Assembly (NCBI GenBank): GCA_046297695.1
Contig: JBKBHF010000013.1
Location: forward strand, 12,498-76,497
Reading direction: 5' to 3'
DNA length: 64,000 nucleotides
Source: Permianibacter sp.
Lineage (GTDB): Bacteria > Pseudomonadota > Gammaproteobacteria > Enterobacterales > Permianibacteraceae
Positions within the stretch are counted from its first letter, which is position 1; each line of letters begins with the position of its first letter. Both the position numbers and the translations under genes were made by a program. The notes beneath the pieces are model-generated. The model saw only the letters and a program-made list of their open reading frames with translations. It was not told where the DNA came from and searched no databases. Below, one piece after another: positions 27,846 to 40,146 of the stretch.

Positions 27846-28676
27846 TTGTCATCGACTGCCCCGTTGGCGCTTGAGCTGGCGCAGCTGAGTTTGCGGCTCG
27901 GTCGTGGCGAGGCAGCACGCCATGTCTTGCATCCGCTGTCGCTGCGGGTCGAGCGCGGCGAGCAGATCGCCATCATCGGGCCGAGCGGTGCCGGCAAAAC
28001 CTCGTTGTTGCGGGTTGCCGCCACCGCGCTGCGCGGCGACGGTGCGTTGCGGGTGCTTGGTGATGATCCGTGGCGCCTGGCAAGCGGCAAACGGCAGGCA
28101 TTGCGGCGGACGATTGGACTCATCCATCAAGCGCCGCCGTTGCCGGGTTCGCAACGCGTGATCACCGCCGTACTCGCCGGTCGACTCGGCCATTGGTCGC
28201 TGTCTCACAGTCTGTGGTCGCTGTGGCGGCCGGCCGATCCGCAAGGCGCGTTTCGCTGCCTGCAACAACTCGAACTTGGTGATCGGCTCTACGATCGTTG
28301 CGGCGATTTGTCCGGCGGTCAGTTGCAGCGCGTCGGCATTGCCCGGGTGCTCTATCAGCAGCCGGCGTTGGTGCTCGCGGATGAACCGGTATCGGCGCTG
28401 GATCCGGTGTTGGCGGCGCGCGCACTTGACGTGCTGCAAGCCGATTGCCGCGCGCGTGGCGCGACGCTGATCGCCAGCTTGCATGCGGTTGATCTGGCGC
28501 TGCAGCGCTTTCCGCGTGTGATTGGTTTGCGTGACGGGCGCATCGTGTTCGATGGCGCGCCGGAAGCACTCAGTGCCGAACGCTTGCAGCAGTTGTATGC
28601 CGGCGATGCCAGTGGCGTTGTGACCATGCCCGCCGCGTTGCCGGCCTCGGCGGTCGCGGCGAGTTGTGCGCCATGA
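27846..28676 (+). CDS. ABC transporter ATP-binding protein (PhnC-like)
   Basis: TTG start. Walker A GPSGAGKTS, signature LSGGQLQRV, Walker B LVLADEPVSALD. Confidence 0.9.
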   Translation: MSSTAPLALELAQLSLRLGRGEAARHVLHPLSLRVERGEQIAIIGPSGAGKTSLLRVAATALRGDGALRVLGDDPWRLASGKRQALRRTIGLIHQAPPLPGSQRVITAVLAGRLGHWSLSHSLWSLWRPADPQGAFRCLQQLELGDRLYDRCGDLSGGQLQRVGIARVLYQQPALVLADEPVSALDPVLAARALDVLQADCRARGATLIASLHAVDLALQRFPRVIGLRDGRIVFDGAPEALSAERLQQLYAGDASGVVTMPAALPASAVAASCAP

Positions 28677-29503
28677 CGGCAACGTCCGCCTTGCCTGACA
28701 AGGCGCCGGCCCGACGACTGTTCGCCGTCACGCTGGCGCTGTTGCTGCTGTGGCCACTTTTTGCCGCGACGGATTTTTCCCTGACCGGCTTGTTTCAACC
28801 CGACAGCTGGCAAGCGATGGCGGGCTTCCTGCGTGATTTCGCCACCCCAGCCTGGCAGCCGGAGTTTCTGCAGCTGACCGTTATCGCGATGGCGCAAACA
28901 CTGGCCATCGCCACGCTTGGCATTGCCGGTGCGCTGATCCTTGCCTTGCCGCTCGCGGTACTGACTACGCGTACGCTGTCCATCTCCCTGCTCGGGCCGG
29001 CACCACGCTGTGACTACTGCCGGGCGGCACGGGCGGTTGTGCGGGCCGTGGCGCTGTTGTTGCGCAGTTTGCCGGAGCTGATCTGGGCGCTGCTGTTTGT
29101 CCGGCTGTTCGGGCTTGGACCGGCGGCGGCAATCGCCGCCATCGCGGTCAGCTACGGCGGCATGCTGGCAAAAGTCTATGCCGACATCAGCGAGAGTGGC
29201 GCGCTCGAGCCAGCGCGTGCCTTGTTGATCGCTGGCGCGGGCCGTCGGCAAACCCTGTTCTATGGTGTCTGGCCGTCGGTGCGCGATGAACTGCTGTCAT
29301 ACACCGTCTATCGCTGGGAATGTGCGCTGCGCGCCAGTGTCATCATGGGCTTTGTCGGCGCCGGTGGTTTGGGCCAGCAACTGGAACTCAGTCTGCGCAT
29401 GTTGAACGGCCATGAGGCGGCGACGCTGCTGCTGGCATTCATGCTGCTGGTGCTGGCGGCCGATGCGCTCAGCGCGCTGCTGCGCTGGAGTGTGCGGCCA
29501 TGA
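28673..29503 (+). CDS. ABC transporter permease (PhnE-like), copy 1
   Basis: ATG 28673 overlaps the ATPase stop (ATGA). Multi-TM protein with an EAA-like loop region (...YADISESGALEPARALLIAGAGRRQTLFYGVWP...). Confidence 0.85.
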   Translation: MTATSALPDKAPARRLFAVTLALLLLWPLFAATDFSLTGLFQPDSWQAMAGFLRDFATPAWQPEFLQLTVIAMAQTLAIATLGIAGALILALPLAVLTTRTLSISLLGPAPRCDYCRAARAVVRAVALLLRSLPELIWALLFVRLFGLGPAAAIAAIAVSYGGMLAKVYADISESGALEPARALLIAGAGRRQTLFYGVWPSVRDELLSYTVYRWECALRASVIMGFVGAGGLGQQLELSLRMLNGHEAATLLLAFMLLVLAADALSALLRWSVRP

Positions 29504-30288
29504 ACGTCGTGACGCTTCCATCACCGCCGCGCCGGCCGTTGCTGCGTTGGCTGCTGGCGTTGGTTTTGATTGGCAGTTTGCTCGTGGTGAGCGTGCTGAC
29601 GCTCGACTTCGCCAGCTTCGATGCCAGTTGGCGCGGGCTCGGCGAATTTGTCGCGCCGCTGCTTGCGCCCAATCTGGAGCCACGCTTCTTGCTGGTGGTG
29701 GCACGTGCCAGCGCCGAAACGCTGGCGATGGCGTTGGTGTCGACGTTTTTCGCCGCACTGCTGGCCGCGCTGCTGGCGGTGCTCGCGCAAACGGCGCTGC
29801 GCTGGCCGCTCAAGCTGCTGTTCAATGCCTTGCGGGCAGTGCCGGAATTGTTGTTCGCCAGTCTGTTGGTGCTCGCGGTCGGGCTGGGTGCCACGGCCGG
29901 CATTCTGGCGCTGACCTTGCATACCGCCGGCGTGCTGGCGCGGCTATTCAGCGAAACCTTGGAGAATGCCGATCGCCGCGCCGACGAGGCGCTGCGGCTC
30001 GCCGGTGCCGGCCGCTTGCAGGCATTCTGCTACGGTCGTCTGCCGATCATCACGCCGCAATGGCTGGCTTACAGTCTGTATCGTAGCGAAATGAACCTGC
30101 GTGCCGCCACCGTGCTCGGCGTGGTCGGTGCCGGCGGACTCGGACAACAACTGCATGTCGCGCTCAGCGTGTTCCGCTACGACAAGGTCAGCACGCTGTT
30201 GCTGGCAACCTTCCTGCTGATTTGGCTGACCGAAAGCCTCAGCCGCTGGCTGCGCCGCGACCGGTTCAGCAACGCCCAGATCGATTGA
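29500..30288 (+). CDS. ABC transporter permease (PhnE-like), copy 2
   Basis: ATGA overlap with the previous permease. ...ETLENADRRADEALRLAGAGRLQAFCYGRLP... EAA-like loop; multi-TM. Confidence 0.85.
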   Translation: MNVVTLPSPPRRPLLRWLLALVLIGSLLVVSVLTLDFASFDASWRGLGEFVAPLLAPNLEPRFLLVVARASAETLAMALVSTFFAALLAALLAVLAQTALRWPLKLLFNALRAVPELLFASLLVLAVGLGATAGILALTLHTAGVLARLFSETLENADRRADEALRLAGAGRLQAFCYGRLPIITPQWLAYSLYRSEMNLRAATVLGVVGAGGLGQQLHVALSVFRYDKVSTLLLATFLLIWLTESLSRWLRRDRFSNAQID

Positions 30289-30328
30289 GCAACAGCCGCC
30301 GTCAGCGGCCGTTGCTGTCCGGTTGCTG

Positions 30329-31021
30329 TCAGCTGCGTTTGACGGTCAAGGTGCCGCGCTTGGCGCCGTCGCGCATCACATCCAGCGTTTTGCTTTCGCC
30401 GGCTTTCAGCTCAAAGGTGAGCGGCTGATAGTAGGGTATCAGCAGCGTCAAGGTGGTCTTGTCTGCCGGTACTTGCCGGAGCCGGATATCAGCTTGCTTG
30501 CTAATCCGCTCTTCAAATTCGCTGCCACCGTAATCGTCCATGCCGCCTTTTTCTTCCCAGCGTTTGAACGGTAACACCTGGTAATGGCTGGCGCGGATAT
30601 GGGCGATATAGGTTTCCATGTGGCTGTGGATAGCGCAGCCAACTCGAACAATGCTGTCTTCGGCCCAGCTCAACTTCAGATTGACGGTTTGCCCCGGCGG
30701 CACCAGACCAACGTCGAACCGGGTGCCGGTGCTGTAGCTGTTGGCGTAGATATTGTGGCGAGCCGTATCGGAATTGTGGAAGGCAATGGTGGCGTCCTGG
30801 GAGCCGACCGACAGGTACTGGCCAAACTGCCGATTCTTCTGATCGACGCTGACCTCATTGATGCTGGCGCTGGCATCGCGCACATACAGCACCGCGGCGG
30901 CCGGCGGCGTGGTTTCAAATGTCAGGGTGCCGATGATGAGATCATCGGCCGATGCGGCGGCGCTGGCCATGGCAAGCATCAGCAGGACGACGCGCTGGGC
31001 GAACGAACGTAGGTGGGACAT
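30329..31021 (-). CDS. Secreted cupredoxin-like protein (distant paralog of 46660-47295)
   Basis: ATG 31021 (MSHLRSFAQRVVLLMLAMASAAASA signal peptide). FHNSDTARHNIYANS ... VRVGCAIHSHMETYI gives a His...Cys-x2-His-x2-Met arrangement reminiscent of type-1 copper sites. The longer ORF-track version (to 31618) is antisense to the BLUF gene. Confidence 0.6.
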   Translation of the reverse strand: MSHLRSFAQRVVLLMLAMASAAASADDLIIGTLTFETTPPAAAVLYVRDASASINEVSVDQKNRQFGQYLSVGSQDATIAFHNSDTARHNIYANSYSTGTRFDVGLVPPGQTVNLKLSWAEDSIVRVGCAIHSHMETYIAHIRASHYQVLPFKRWEEKGGMDDYGGSEFEERISKQADIRLRQVPADKTTLTLLIPYYQPLTFELKAGESKTLDVMRDGAKRGTLTVKRS

Positions 31022-31123
31022 CGGGTGACTCCTGTCTTGGATGAGTGATGAGCGGCAGGGGCGGTAATCTGGCGCCGGCGCCCTTCCGTATCGACAGAGC
31101 CCGACACCAGAGAACGAAACGCC

Positions 31124-31567
31124 ATGTATCGCCTGATTTATGCCAGTACCGCCAGTGAAAGTTTTCGGCTCAGCGACGTGCACAGTATCGTCGCCGCCTC
31201 CGAACGCAACAACCGGCCGCGCCACCTGACCGGCATGCTGGTCTTCAGCAGCCGCTACTTTCTGCAATGGCTGGAAGGCCCGCGCGAAGCGGTCAATGAG
31301 CGCTACCTGCGCATTTGCCAGGACATGCGTCATCACAGCCCGGTGATGCTGGCTTACGAGCCCATCATCGAGCGCCAGTTTACCGACTGGGCCATGGGCT
31401 ATCTGGGCGAAGGGGTGTTGAACCGGCAAGTGTTGATGCGCTACTTTGCCGACGGCCAGTTCCAGCCATACCAGCTGTCCGGTGCCGCGGCCGCGGTGCT
31501 GATGCCGCAGTTGGCCGAACTCGCTTACGCCATCGAGCAGCGCCGGGCCAGTCCGACGCCAGTCTGA
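31124..31567 (+). CDS. BLUF-domain blue-light FAD photoreceptor (short, single-domain)
   Basis: [10 protein letters not shown]...[43 protein letters not shown] contains the conserved BLUF Tyr (YRLIY), Gln (FLQWLEG) and the W/M region. Confidence 0.88.
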   Translation: MYRLIYASTASESFRLSDVHSIVAASERNNRPRHLTGMLVFSSRYFLQWLEGPREAVNERYLRICQDMRHHSPVMLAYEPIIERQFTDWAMGYLGEGVLNRQVLMRYFADGQFQPYQLSGAAAAVLMPQLAELAYAIEQRRASPTPV

Positions 31568-31740
31568 GACCTTCGCGCCAATTAGAGCGCGATGGGTCAA
31601 ATTCCCCCGGGCAGGCAAATGGACAGACCTGCCCCCCTCGCGTAAAATCCCAGAAGTTTAAATCCACCCCTTGTAACCGGCTCCGGTGCCCGCTTCGGCA
31701 GGCTTCGGTGCCAGTCGCACGCCTGTCGCCCGGAGGTATC

Positions 31741-32865
31741 TTGTCCACGCCCGCTCTCCTCGCCCTCGAAGACGGCAGCCTGTTCCGCGGAGTCAGCATC
31801 GGCGCCCATGGCGCGTCGGTCGGTGAAGTGGTGTTCAATACCGCCATGACCGGCTATCAGGAAATCCTGACTGACCCTTCCTATACCAAGCAACACGTGA
31901 CGCTGACCTATCCGCATATCGGCAATACCGGCTGCAATGCCGAGGACGCCGAGTCGGACCGGGTCTGGGCCGCCGGCCTCATCATCCGTGACCTGCCGCG
32001 GCTGGCGTCGAACTACCGCATGGAAGAAGACCTCGGCAGCTACCTGAAAAAGCGCAACGTGGTTGGCATTGCCGACATCGACACCCGCCGGCTGACCAAG
32101 CTGCTGCGCACCAAGGGCGCACTGAACGGCTGCATCATGGCCGGTGACATTGATGAAGCGAAAGCGCTGGAACTGGCGCGTGGCTTTGCCGGTTTGAACG
32201 GCATGGATCTGGCGAAGGAAGTCAGCTGCACCAAGCCCTACGAGTGGCACACCGGCGAGTGGGCCTGGAACCGCGGCTACCATACCGTCAGTGAGCACAA
32301 ATTCCATGTCGTCGCTTACGACTACGGCGTCAAGCACAACATTCTGCGCATGCTGGCCGAACGCGGCTGCAAGCTGACCGTGGTGCCGGCGCAAACGCCG
32401 GCCAGCGAAGTGCTCAAATACCAACCGGACGGCATTTTCCTGTCCAACGGTCCCGGTGATCCGGCCGCTTGCGATTACGCGATCACAGCAATCAGCGAGC
32501 TGCTGAAAACCGGCATTCCGATTTTCGGTATCTGCCTCGGTCACCAGCTGCTGGCATTGGCCAGCGGTGCCAAGACCGTCAAGATGAAATTCGGTCACCA
32601 CGGCGCCAACCATCCGGTCAAGGACATGGACAAGGGCACCGTGATGATCACCAGCCAGAACCACGGTTTCGCCGCCGATGAAGCGACGCTGCCATCGAGC
32701 CTGCGGGTGACGCACAAATCGCTGTTCGACGGTTCGTTGCAAGGCATCGCCCGCACCGACGTGCCGGCCTACAGTTTCCAGGGTCACCCGGAAGCCAGCC
32801 CCGGTCCGCACGATGTCGCGCCGCTGTTCGACCAGTTCATCGAGATGATGGCGAAAAGAAAATGA
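31741..32865 (+). CDS. carA: Carbamoyl-phosphate synthase small (glutaminase) subunit
   Basis: TTG 31741 preceded by [22 protein letters not shown]...[20 protein letters not shown]; glutamine amidotransferase triad region GICLGHQLL...HG. Confidence 0.95.
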   Translation: MSTPALLALEDGSLFRGVSIGAHGASVGEVVFNTAMTGYQEILTDPSYTKQHVTLTYPHIGNTGCNAEDAESDRVWAAGLIIRDLPRLASNYRMEEDLGSYLKKRNVVGIADIDTRRLTKLLRTKGALNGCIMAGDIDEAKALELARGFAGLNGMDLAKEVSCTKPYEWHTGEWAWNRGYHTVSEHKFHVVAYDYGVKHNILRMLAERGCKLTVVPAQTPASEVLKYQPDGIFLSNGPGDPAACDYAITAISELLKTGIPIFGICLGHQLLALASGAKTVKMKFGHHGANHPVKDMDKGTVMITSQNHGFAADEATLPSSLRVTHKSLFDGSLQGIARTDVPAYSFQGHPEASPGPHDVAPLFDQFIEMMAKRK

Positions 32866-32980
32866 ATGTAGGTTGGTCGCAGGCGTTCCTGACGCCTGTC
32901 GACACTTCCTACATCCATGTAGGTCGGGTTAGGCGCTGTGCGCCGTAACCCGACACATGGCGCTGCGAATCGCGGCGCAT
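32866..32980. repeat. Cluster of REP-like palindromes (BIME-like) in the carA-carB spacer
   Basis: Two tandem imperfect hairpins that start with TGTAGGT(T/C)GG: 32867-32913, and 32918-32956 (TGTAGGTCGGGTTAGGCGC-TGT-GCGCCGTAACCCGACACA). A third short palindrome lies at 32958-32979. Confidence 0.6.
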
Positions 32981-33054
32981 GAGACAGGCCCACGCTACAA
33001 AGGATCTGGTTGGCTCCGCGCAACCAAATCCGCACAACGGGAAACGGTACCGCA

Positions 33055-36276
<3,222 letters not shown>

Positions 36277-36389
36277 CCGGGTTTGTCGGAAGGACGATGC
36301 CGATGCGCATGTCCTGCAAGCCCGAATCATCGTTTAGTGCGGCCAGCTTGCTTGAGCGACAGCAGCTGGCCGCGCAGAAAGGAGTGGAA

Positions 36390-36866
36390 ATGAATCGTGT
36401 ACCGATGACGGCACGCGGTGCGGAAGCCTTGAAAAAAGAACTGCATGAGCTGAAGACCGTGGCGCGGCCGAAAGTGATTCATGCGATTGCCGAAGCTCGT
36501 GCCCACGGTGATCTGAAAGAAAACGCCGAATATCACGCAGCGCGTGAGCAACAGGGCTTCATCGAAGGTCGCATCGCCGATATCGAAGCCAAGCTCAGCA
36601 ATGCCCAGATCATCGATGTCAGCAAGCTGCACAACGACGGCAAGGTGATTTTTGGTGCCACCGTCGAGCTCGCCAATACCGAAACCGGTGACGAAGTGGT
36701 CTACCGCATCGTTGGCGAGGATGAGGCCGACATCAAGAACAACTTGATCAGCGTCGGCTCGCCGATTGCTCGTGGTTTGGTCGGCAAGTTCGAGGGGGAT
36801 ATCGTGGTGGTAAAGACCCCGGGTGGTGATATCGAGTACGAGATCGTCGCGGTGAAGTACGTTTGA
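36390..36866 (+). CDS. greA: Transcription elongation factor GreA
   Basis: [22 protein letters not shown]...[29 protein letters not shown] is canonical GreA; carB-greA synteny. Confidence 0.95.
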   Translation: MNRVPMTARGAEALKKELHELKTVARPKVIHAIAEARAHGDLKENAEYHAAREQQGFIEGRIADIEAKLSNAQIIDVSKLHNDGKVIFGATVELANTETGDEVVYRIVGEDEADIKNNLISVGSPIARGLVGKFEGDIVVVKTPGGDIEYEIVAVKYV

Positions 36867-36871
36867 GCAGT

Positions 36872-36910
36872 AAACAAAAACGCCGCGATGAAGTTGCGGC
36901 GTTTTTGTTG
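36872..36910. terminator. Bidirectional rho-independent terminator (greA / yhbY)
   Basis: AAAAACGCCGC-GATGAAGTT-GCGGCGTTTTT, flanked by A-run and T-run, between convergent genes. Confidence 0.85.
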
Positions 36911-36930
36911 GCAGTGATGGTTGCGATTGC

Positions 36931-37257
36931 TTAGATCAGCTTGGGTTTATTGGCCTTCGGCAGCACAATCTTGCTGTCTTTCGGTTTGGCCCGGTAAGCG
37001 ATCAGGTTGTGGCCGAGGATCTGAACATTGGCGGCGCCGACCCGCTCGCAGATGGCCTCCGCGATGGCGCGACGCTCATCGCGATCCTCACCGGCCAGCT
37101 TGACCTTGATGAGCTCATGGTGGGCGATCGCCAGTTCGATTTCGGCCAGCACGGCGTCAGTCAGGCCATTGCTGCCCAGCATGACCACCGGTTTCAGGCT
37201 GTGGGCCAGGGCGCGCAGATGGCGGACCTGATTACTGGCAAGGGCAGGAATCGACAT
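36931..37257 (-). CDS. yhbY: CRM-domain RNA-binding protein YhbY
   Basis: ...[41 protein letters not shown]... is typical YhbY. Divergent from rlmE as in E. coli. Confidence 0.9.
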   Translation of the reverse strand: MSIPALASNQVRHLRALAHSLKPVVMLGSNGLTDAVLAEIELAIAHHELIKVKLAGEDRDERRAIAEAICERVGAANVQILGHNLIAYRAKPKDSKIVLPKANKPKLI

Positions 37258-37383
37258 GGCGGGTTCCGAAGCTGTCCGGCAGAGAGGGGCGCCATTCTAG
37301 CGCCGGCAACAGGGCTTAACGAGGGCTTTTGGCCAGTTGGCCGAAGCGGCTCATCAGGTCAGACGATTGGGTCTGGAAAAAGT

Positions 37384-38013
37384 ATGGCACGTAGCAAGAG
37401 TTCGACCCGCTGGCTGCAGCGGCACTTTGACGACCCGTTCGTCAAACAGGCTCAGAAGGAAGGTTGGCGCTCGCGGGCGGTGTTCAAGCTGCAGGAGATC
37501 GACCAGAAGGATAAGCTGATCCGGCCGGGAATGGTCATCGTAGACCTTGGTGCGGCACCAGGCAGCTGGAGCGAGTACGTACTTACCAGGACGGGCGGCA
37601 AGGGCAAAATCGTCGCGCTCGACATCCTGCCGATGGACAGCCTGCCGGACGTTGAGTTTATCCAGGGCGATTTTCGCGAAGATGCGGTACTGGCCGAGTT
37701 GGAAAAACGGCTCGAAGGTGAGCGGGTCGATCTTGTTTTGTCCGATATGGCCCCCAATATGAGCGGTACGCCTGTAGTCGATCAGGCCCGATCGATGTAC
37801 CTGTTGGAACTGGCACTGGAGTTTGCCAAGGCTTGGCTCAAGCCGGGCGGCAACATGCTGGTGAAGATGTTTCAGGGTGAGGGTTCCGATGCGTATTTGG
37901 TCGAATTGCGTCGGTTGTTCAAAACCGTGAAGATTCGCAAGCCAGACGCATCTCGTGACCGTTCTCGTGAAGTGTTTGTGCTCGCCCAGCACTATACTGG
38001 CCCTAAAGCCTGA
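37384..38013 (+). CDS. rlmE: 23S rRNA (uridine(2552)-2'-O)-methyltransferase RlmE (FtsJ)
   Basis: [62 protein letters not shown]...[13 protein letters not shown]. Confidence 0.95.
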   Translation: MARSKSSTRWLQRHFDDPFVKQAQKEGWRSRAVFKLQEIDQKDKLIRPGMVIVDLGAAPGSWSEYVLTRTGGKGKIVALDILPMDSLPDVEFIQGDFREDAVLAELEKRLEGERVDLVLSDMAPNMSGTPVVDQARSMYLLELALEFAKAWLKPGGNMLVKMFQGEGSDAYLVELRRLFKTVKIRKPDASRDRSREVFVLAQHYTGPKA

Positions 38014-38062
38014 TTGATGTATTTGCCGTTGCCCGTCGGCAGCGGCGGAAAGGAGTGGTCCC

Positions 38063-39988
38063 TTGAACGACATGTTCAAAAATGTGCTGCTGTGGCTGGT
38101 CATTGCCATCGTGCTGGTGTCGGTGTTCAACAATTTCACTGGCAGCCGCAATACCGTCCAGTCGCTCGGTTATTCGGAGTTCATCAGCGATTTGCAGAGC
38201 GGCAAGATCGACGAGGTTCAGATCCAGTCCGATGGTCGCGAGGCCATTGGCAAATACAAGAACGGTGAGCAGTTCGTCGCCAGTCTTCCGCCTTACACCG
38301 ACCGGCTTGATGCCGCGCTGACCGAACAGAAGCAGGTCAAAGTCACCATTCTGCCGCCGGAAAAGCAGAGCCTGTTGTTCGTCATTTTCATCAACCTGTT
38401 GCCAGTGTTGCTGCTGATCGGTGTCTGGATTTTCTTCATGCGCCAGATGCAGGGCGGTGGCAAGGGCGGTGCGCTCAGCTTTGGCAAGAGCAAGGCCCGT
38501 CTGCTCGGTGAAGATCAGGTCAAGACCACGCTGGCCGATGTCGCCGGTGTCGAAGAAGCGAAAGAAGAAGTCGCCGAGTTGGTCGAGTTCCTGCGCGACC
38601 CGGGCAAGTTCCAGAAACTGGGTGGCAAGATCCCGCGCGGTGTTCTGATGGTCGGCCAGCCGGGTACTGGCAAGACCCTGCTGGCGCGCGCCATCGCTGG
38701 CGAAGCGAAGGTGCCGTTCTTCACGATTTCCGGTTCTGATTTCGTTGAAATGTTTGTCGGTGTCGGTGCCTCGCGCGTTCGCGACATGTTTGATCAGGCG
38801 AAGAAGCATGCGCCGTGCATTATCTTCATCGACGAAATCGACGCCGTCGGTCGTCATCGTGGCGCCGGGCTCGGTGGTGGTCACGATGAGCGTGAGCAAA
38901 CCCTGAACCAGTTACTGGTCGAGATGGACGGTTTTGAAGGCAGCGAAGGCATCATCATCATCGCTGCGACCAACCGTCCGGACGTGCTCGACCCGGCGCT
39001 GCTGCGGCCGGGCCGTTTTGATCGTCAAGTCGTGGTCGGCCTGCCGGATATCCGCGGTCGCGAACAAATTCTGAAAGTACACATGCGCAAAGTGCCGATC
39101 GCCGATGATGTCGATCCGGCGGTGATTGCCCGCGGTACCCCGGGCTTTTCCGGCGCCGATCTGGCCAATCTGGTCAACGAAGCGGCGCTGCTCGCGGCGC
39201 GTGCCAATGAGCGCGTGGTCAAGATGCGCTTTTTCGACGCCGCCAAGGACAAGATCATGATGGGCGCCGAGCGACGCACCATGGTCATGACCGAGGAAGA
39301 AAAGCGCAACACCGCTTTCCACGAAGCCGGTCACGCCATTCTCGGTTATCTGCTGCCGCATTCGGATCCGGTCTACAAGGTCACCATCATTCCGCGCGGC
39401 CGTGCGCTCGGTGTGACCATGCAGTTGCCGGAGCAGGATCGGTTGTCGTATTCCAAGCAGTATCTGGAAAACCGCATCGCGATTCTGTTCGGTGGTCGCA
39501 TCGCCGAAGCGATCATCCATGGCTTTGATGGCGTCACCACCGGTGCCTCGAACGATATCCAGCGCGCCACCGAGCTGGCCCGCAACATGGTGACCCATTG
39601 GGGGTTGTCGGAACGGATGGGACCGCTGTCGTATAGCGAGGACGAAGGCGAAGTGTTTCTCGGTCGCTCGATCACCCAGCACAAGAGCGTGGCGGACTCC
39701 ACGGCGAAAGCGATTGACGAGGAGATCCGCGCCATCATCGACCGCAATTACAAGCTGGCCGAGAAACTGTTGAACGAAAACCTCGATAAACTGAATGCGA
39801 TGGCCGAAGCGCTGATGAAGTTCGAAACGCTGGATAGCAAGCAGATCGACGACATCATGCAGGGGCGCGATCCGCAACCGCCGGAAGGCTGGACTGATCG
39901 CGGCAATGGCGGCGGCAAAGGTTCGGCAACGGTTGAGGCCGCTGGCAAGGCCGACGATGTCAACGGCAAGGCGGCCGCCGCGCATTGA
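38063..39988 (+). CDS. ftsH: ATP-dependent zinc metalloprotease FtsH
   Basis: Two N-terminal TM helices, AAA+ Walker [19 protein letters not shown], Walker [10 protein letters not shown], and the zinc motif HEAGHAI. An ATG at 38072 is an alternative start. Confidence 0.96.
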   Translation: MNDMFKNVLLWLVIAIVLVSVFNNFTGSRNTVQSLGYSEFISDLQSGKIDEVQIQSDGREAIGKYKNGEQFVASLPPYTDRLDAALTEQKQVKVTILPPEKQSLLFVIFINLLPVLLLIGVWIFFMRQMQGGGKGGALSFGKSKARLLGEDQVKTTLADVAGVEEAKEEVAELVEFLRDPGKFQKLGGKIPRGVLMVGQPGTGKTLLARAIAGEAKVPFFTISGSDFVEMFVGVGASRVRDMFDQAKKHAPCIIFIDEIDAVGRHRGAGLGGGHDEREQTLNQLLVEMDGFEGSEGIIIIAATNRPDVLDPALLRPGRFDRQVVVGLPDIRGREQILKVHMRKVPIADDVDPAVIARGTPGFSGADLANLVNEAALLAARANERVVKMRFFDAAKDKIMMGAERRTMVMTEEEKRNTAFHEAGHAILGYLLPHSDPVYKVTIIPRGRALGVTMQLPEQDRLSYSKQYLENRIAILFGGRIAEAIIHGFDGVTTGASNDIQRATELARNMVTHWGLSERMGPLSYSEDEGEVFLGRSITQHKSVADSTAKAIDEEIRAIIDRNYKLAEKLLNENLDKLNAMAEALMKFETLDSKQIDDIMQGRDPQPPEGWTDRGNGGGKGSATVEAAGKADDVNGKAAAAH

Positions 39989-40009
39989 TTGCAGGTGTTT
40001 CCACAATAG

Positions 40010-40040
40010 ACAAAAAAGCGCCCGATGGCGCTTTTTTGTT
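40010..40040 (+). terminator. Rho-independent terminator after ftsH
   Basis: AAAAAAGCGCC-CGAT-GGCGCTTTTTT followed by GTT. Confidence 0.85.
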
Positions 40041-40146
40041 GCCTGGATGCCGGCGATAACCGGCATCTGGCGGTGGCGTTTCGTTTGCCGGCAACATGGC
40101 AGCGCATCCGATGATGCAGGTCTGCTACCGCCTCGCCATGTCGTTT

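Noticed and set aside
24884-31021. Looked for a SenA/EgtB/OvoA-like gene (DinB + FGE-sulfatase domains) to complete a selenoneine or ovoselenol cluster
   Set aside because: No ORF of suitable size or motif content exists between the regulator and the BLUF gene. The absence is reported as part of the selenium-locus finding rather than as a feature.
30329-31618. 429-aa version of the cupredoxin-like ORF from the six-frame track
   Set aside because: The upstream 199 codons are antisense to the well-supported BLUF gene and lack protein-like features. A signal-peptide-bearing start at ATG 31021 is far more plausible.
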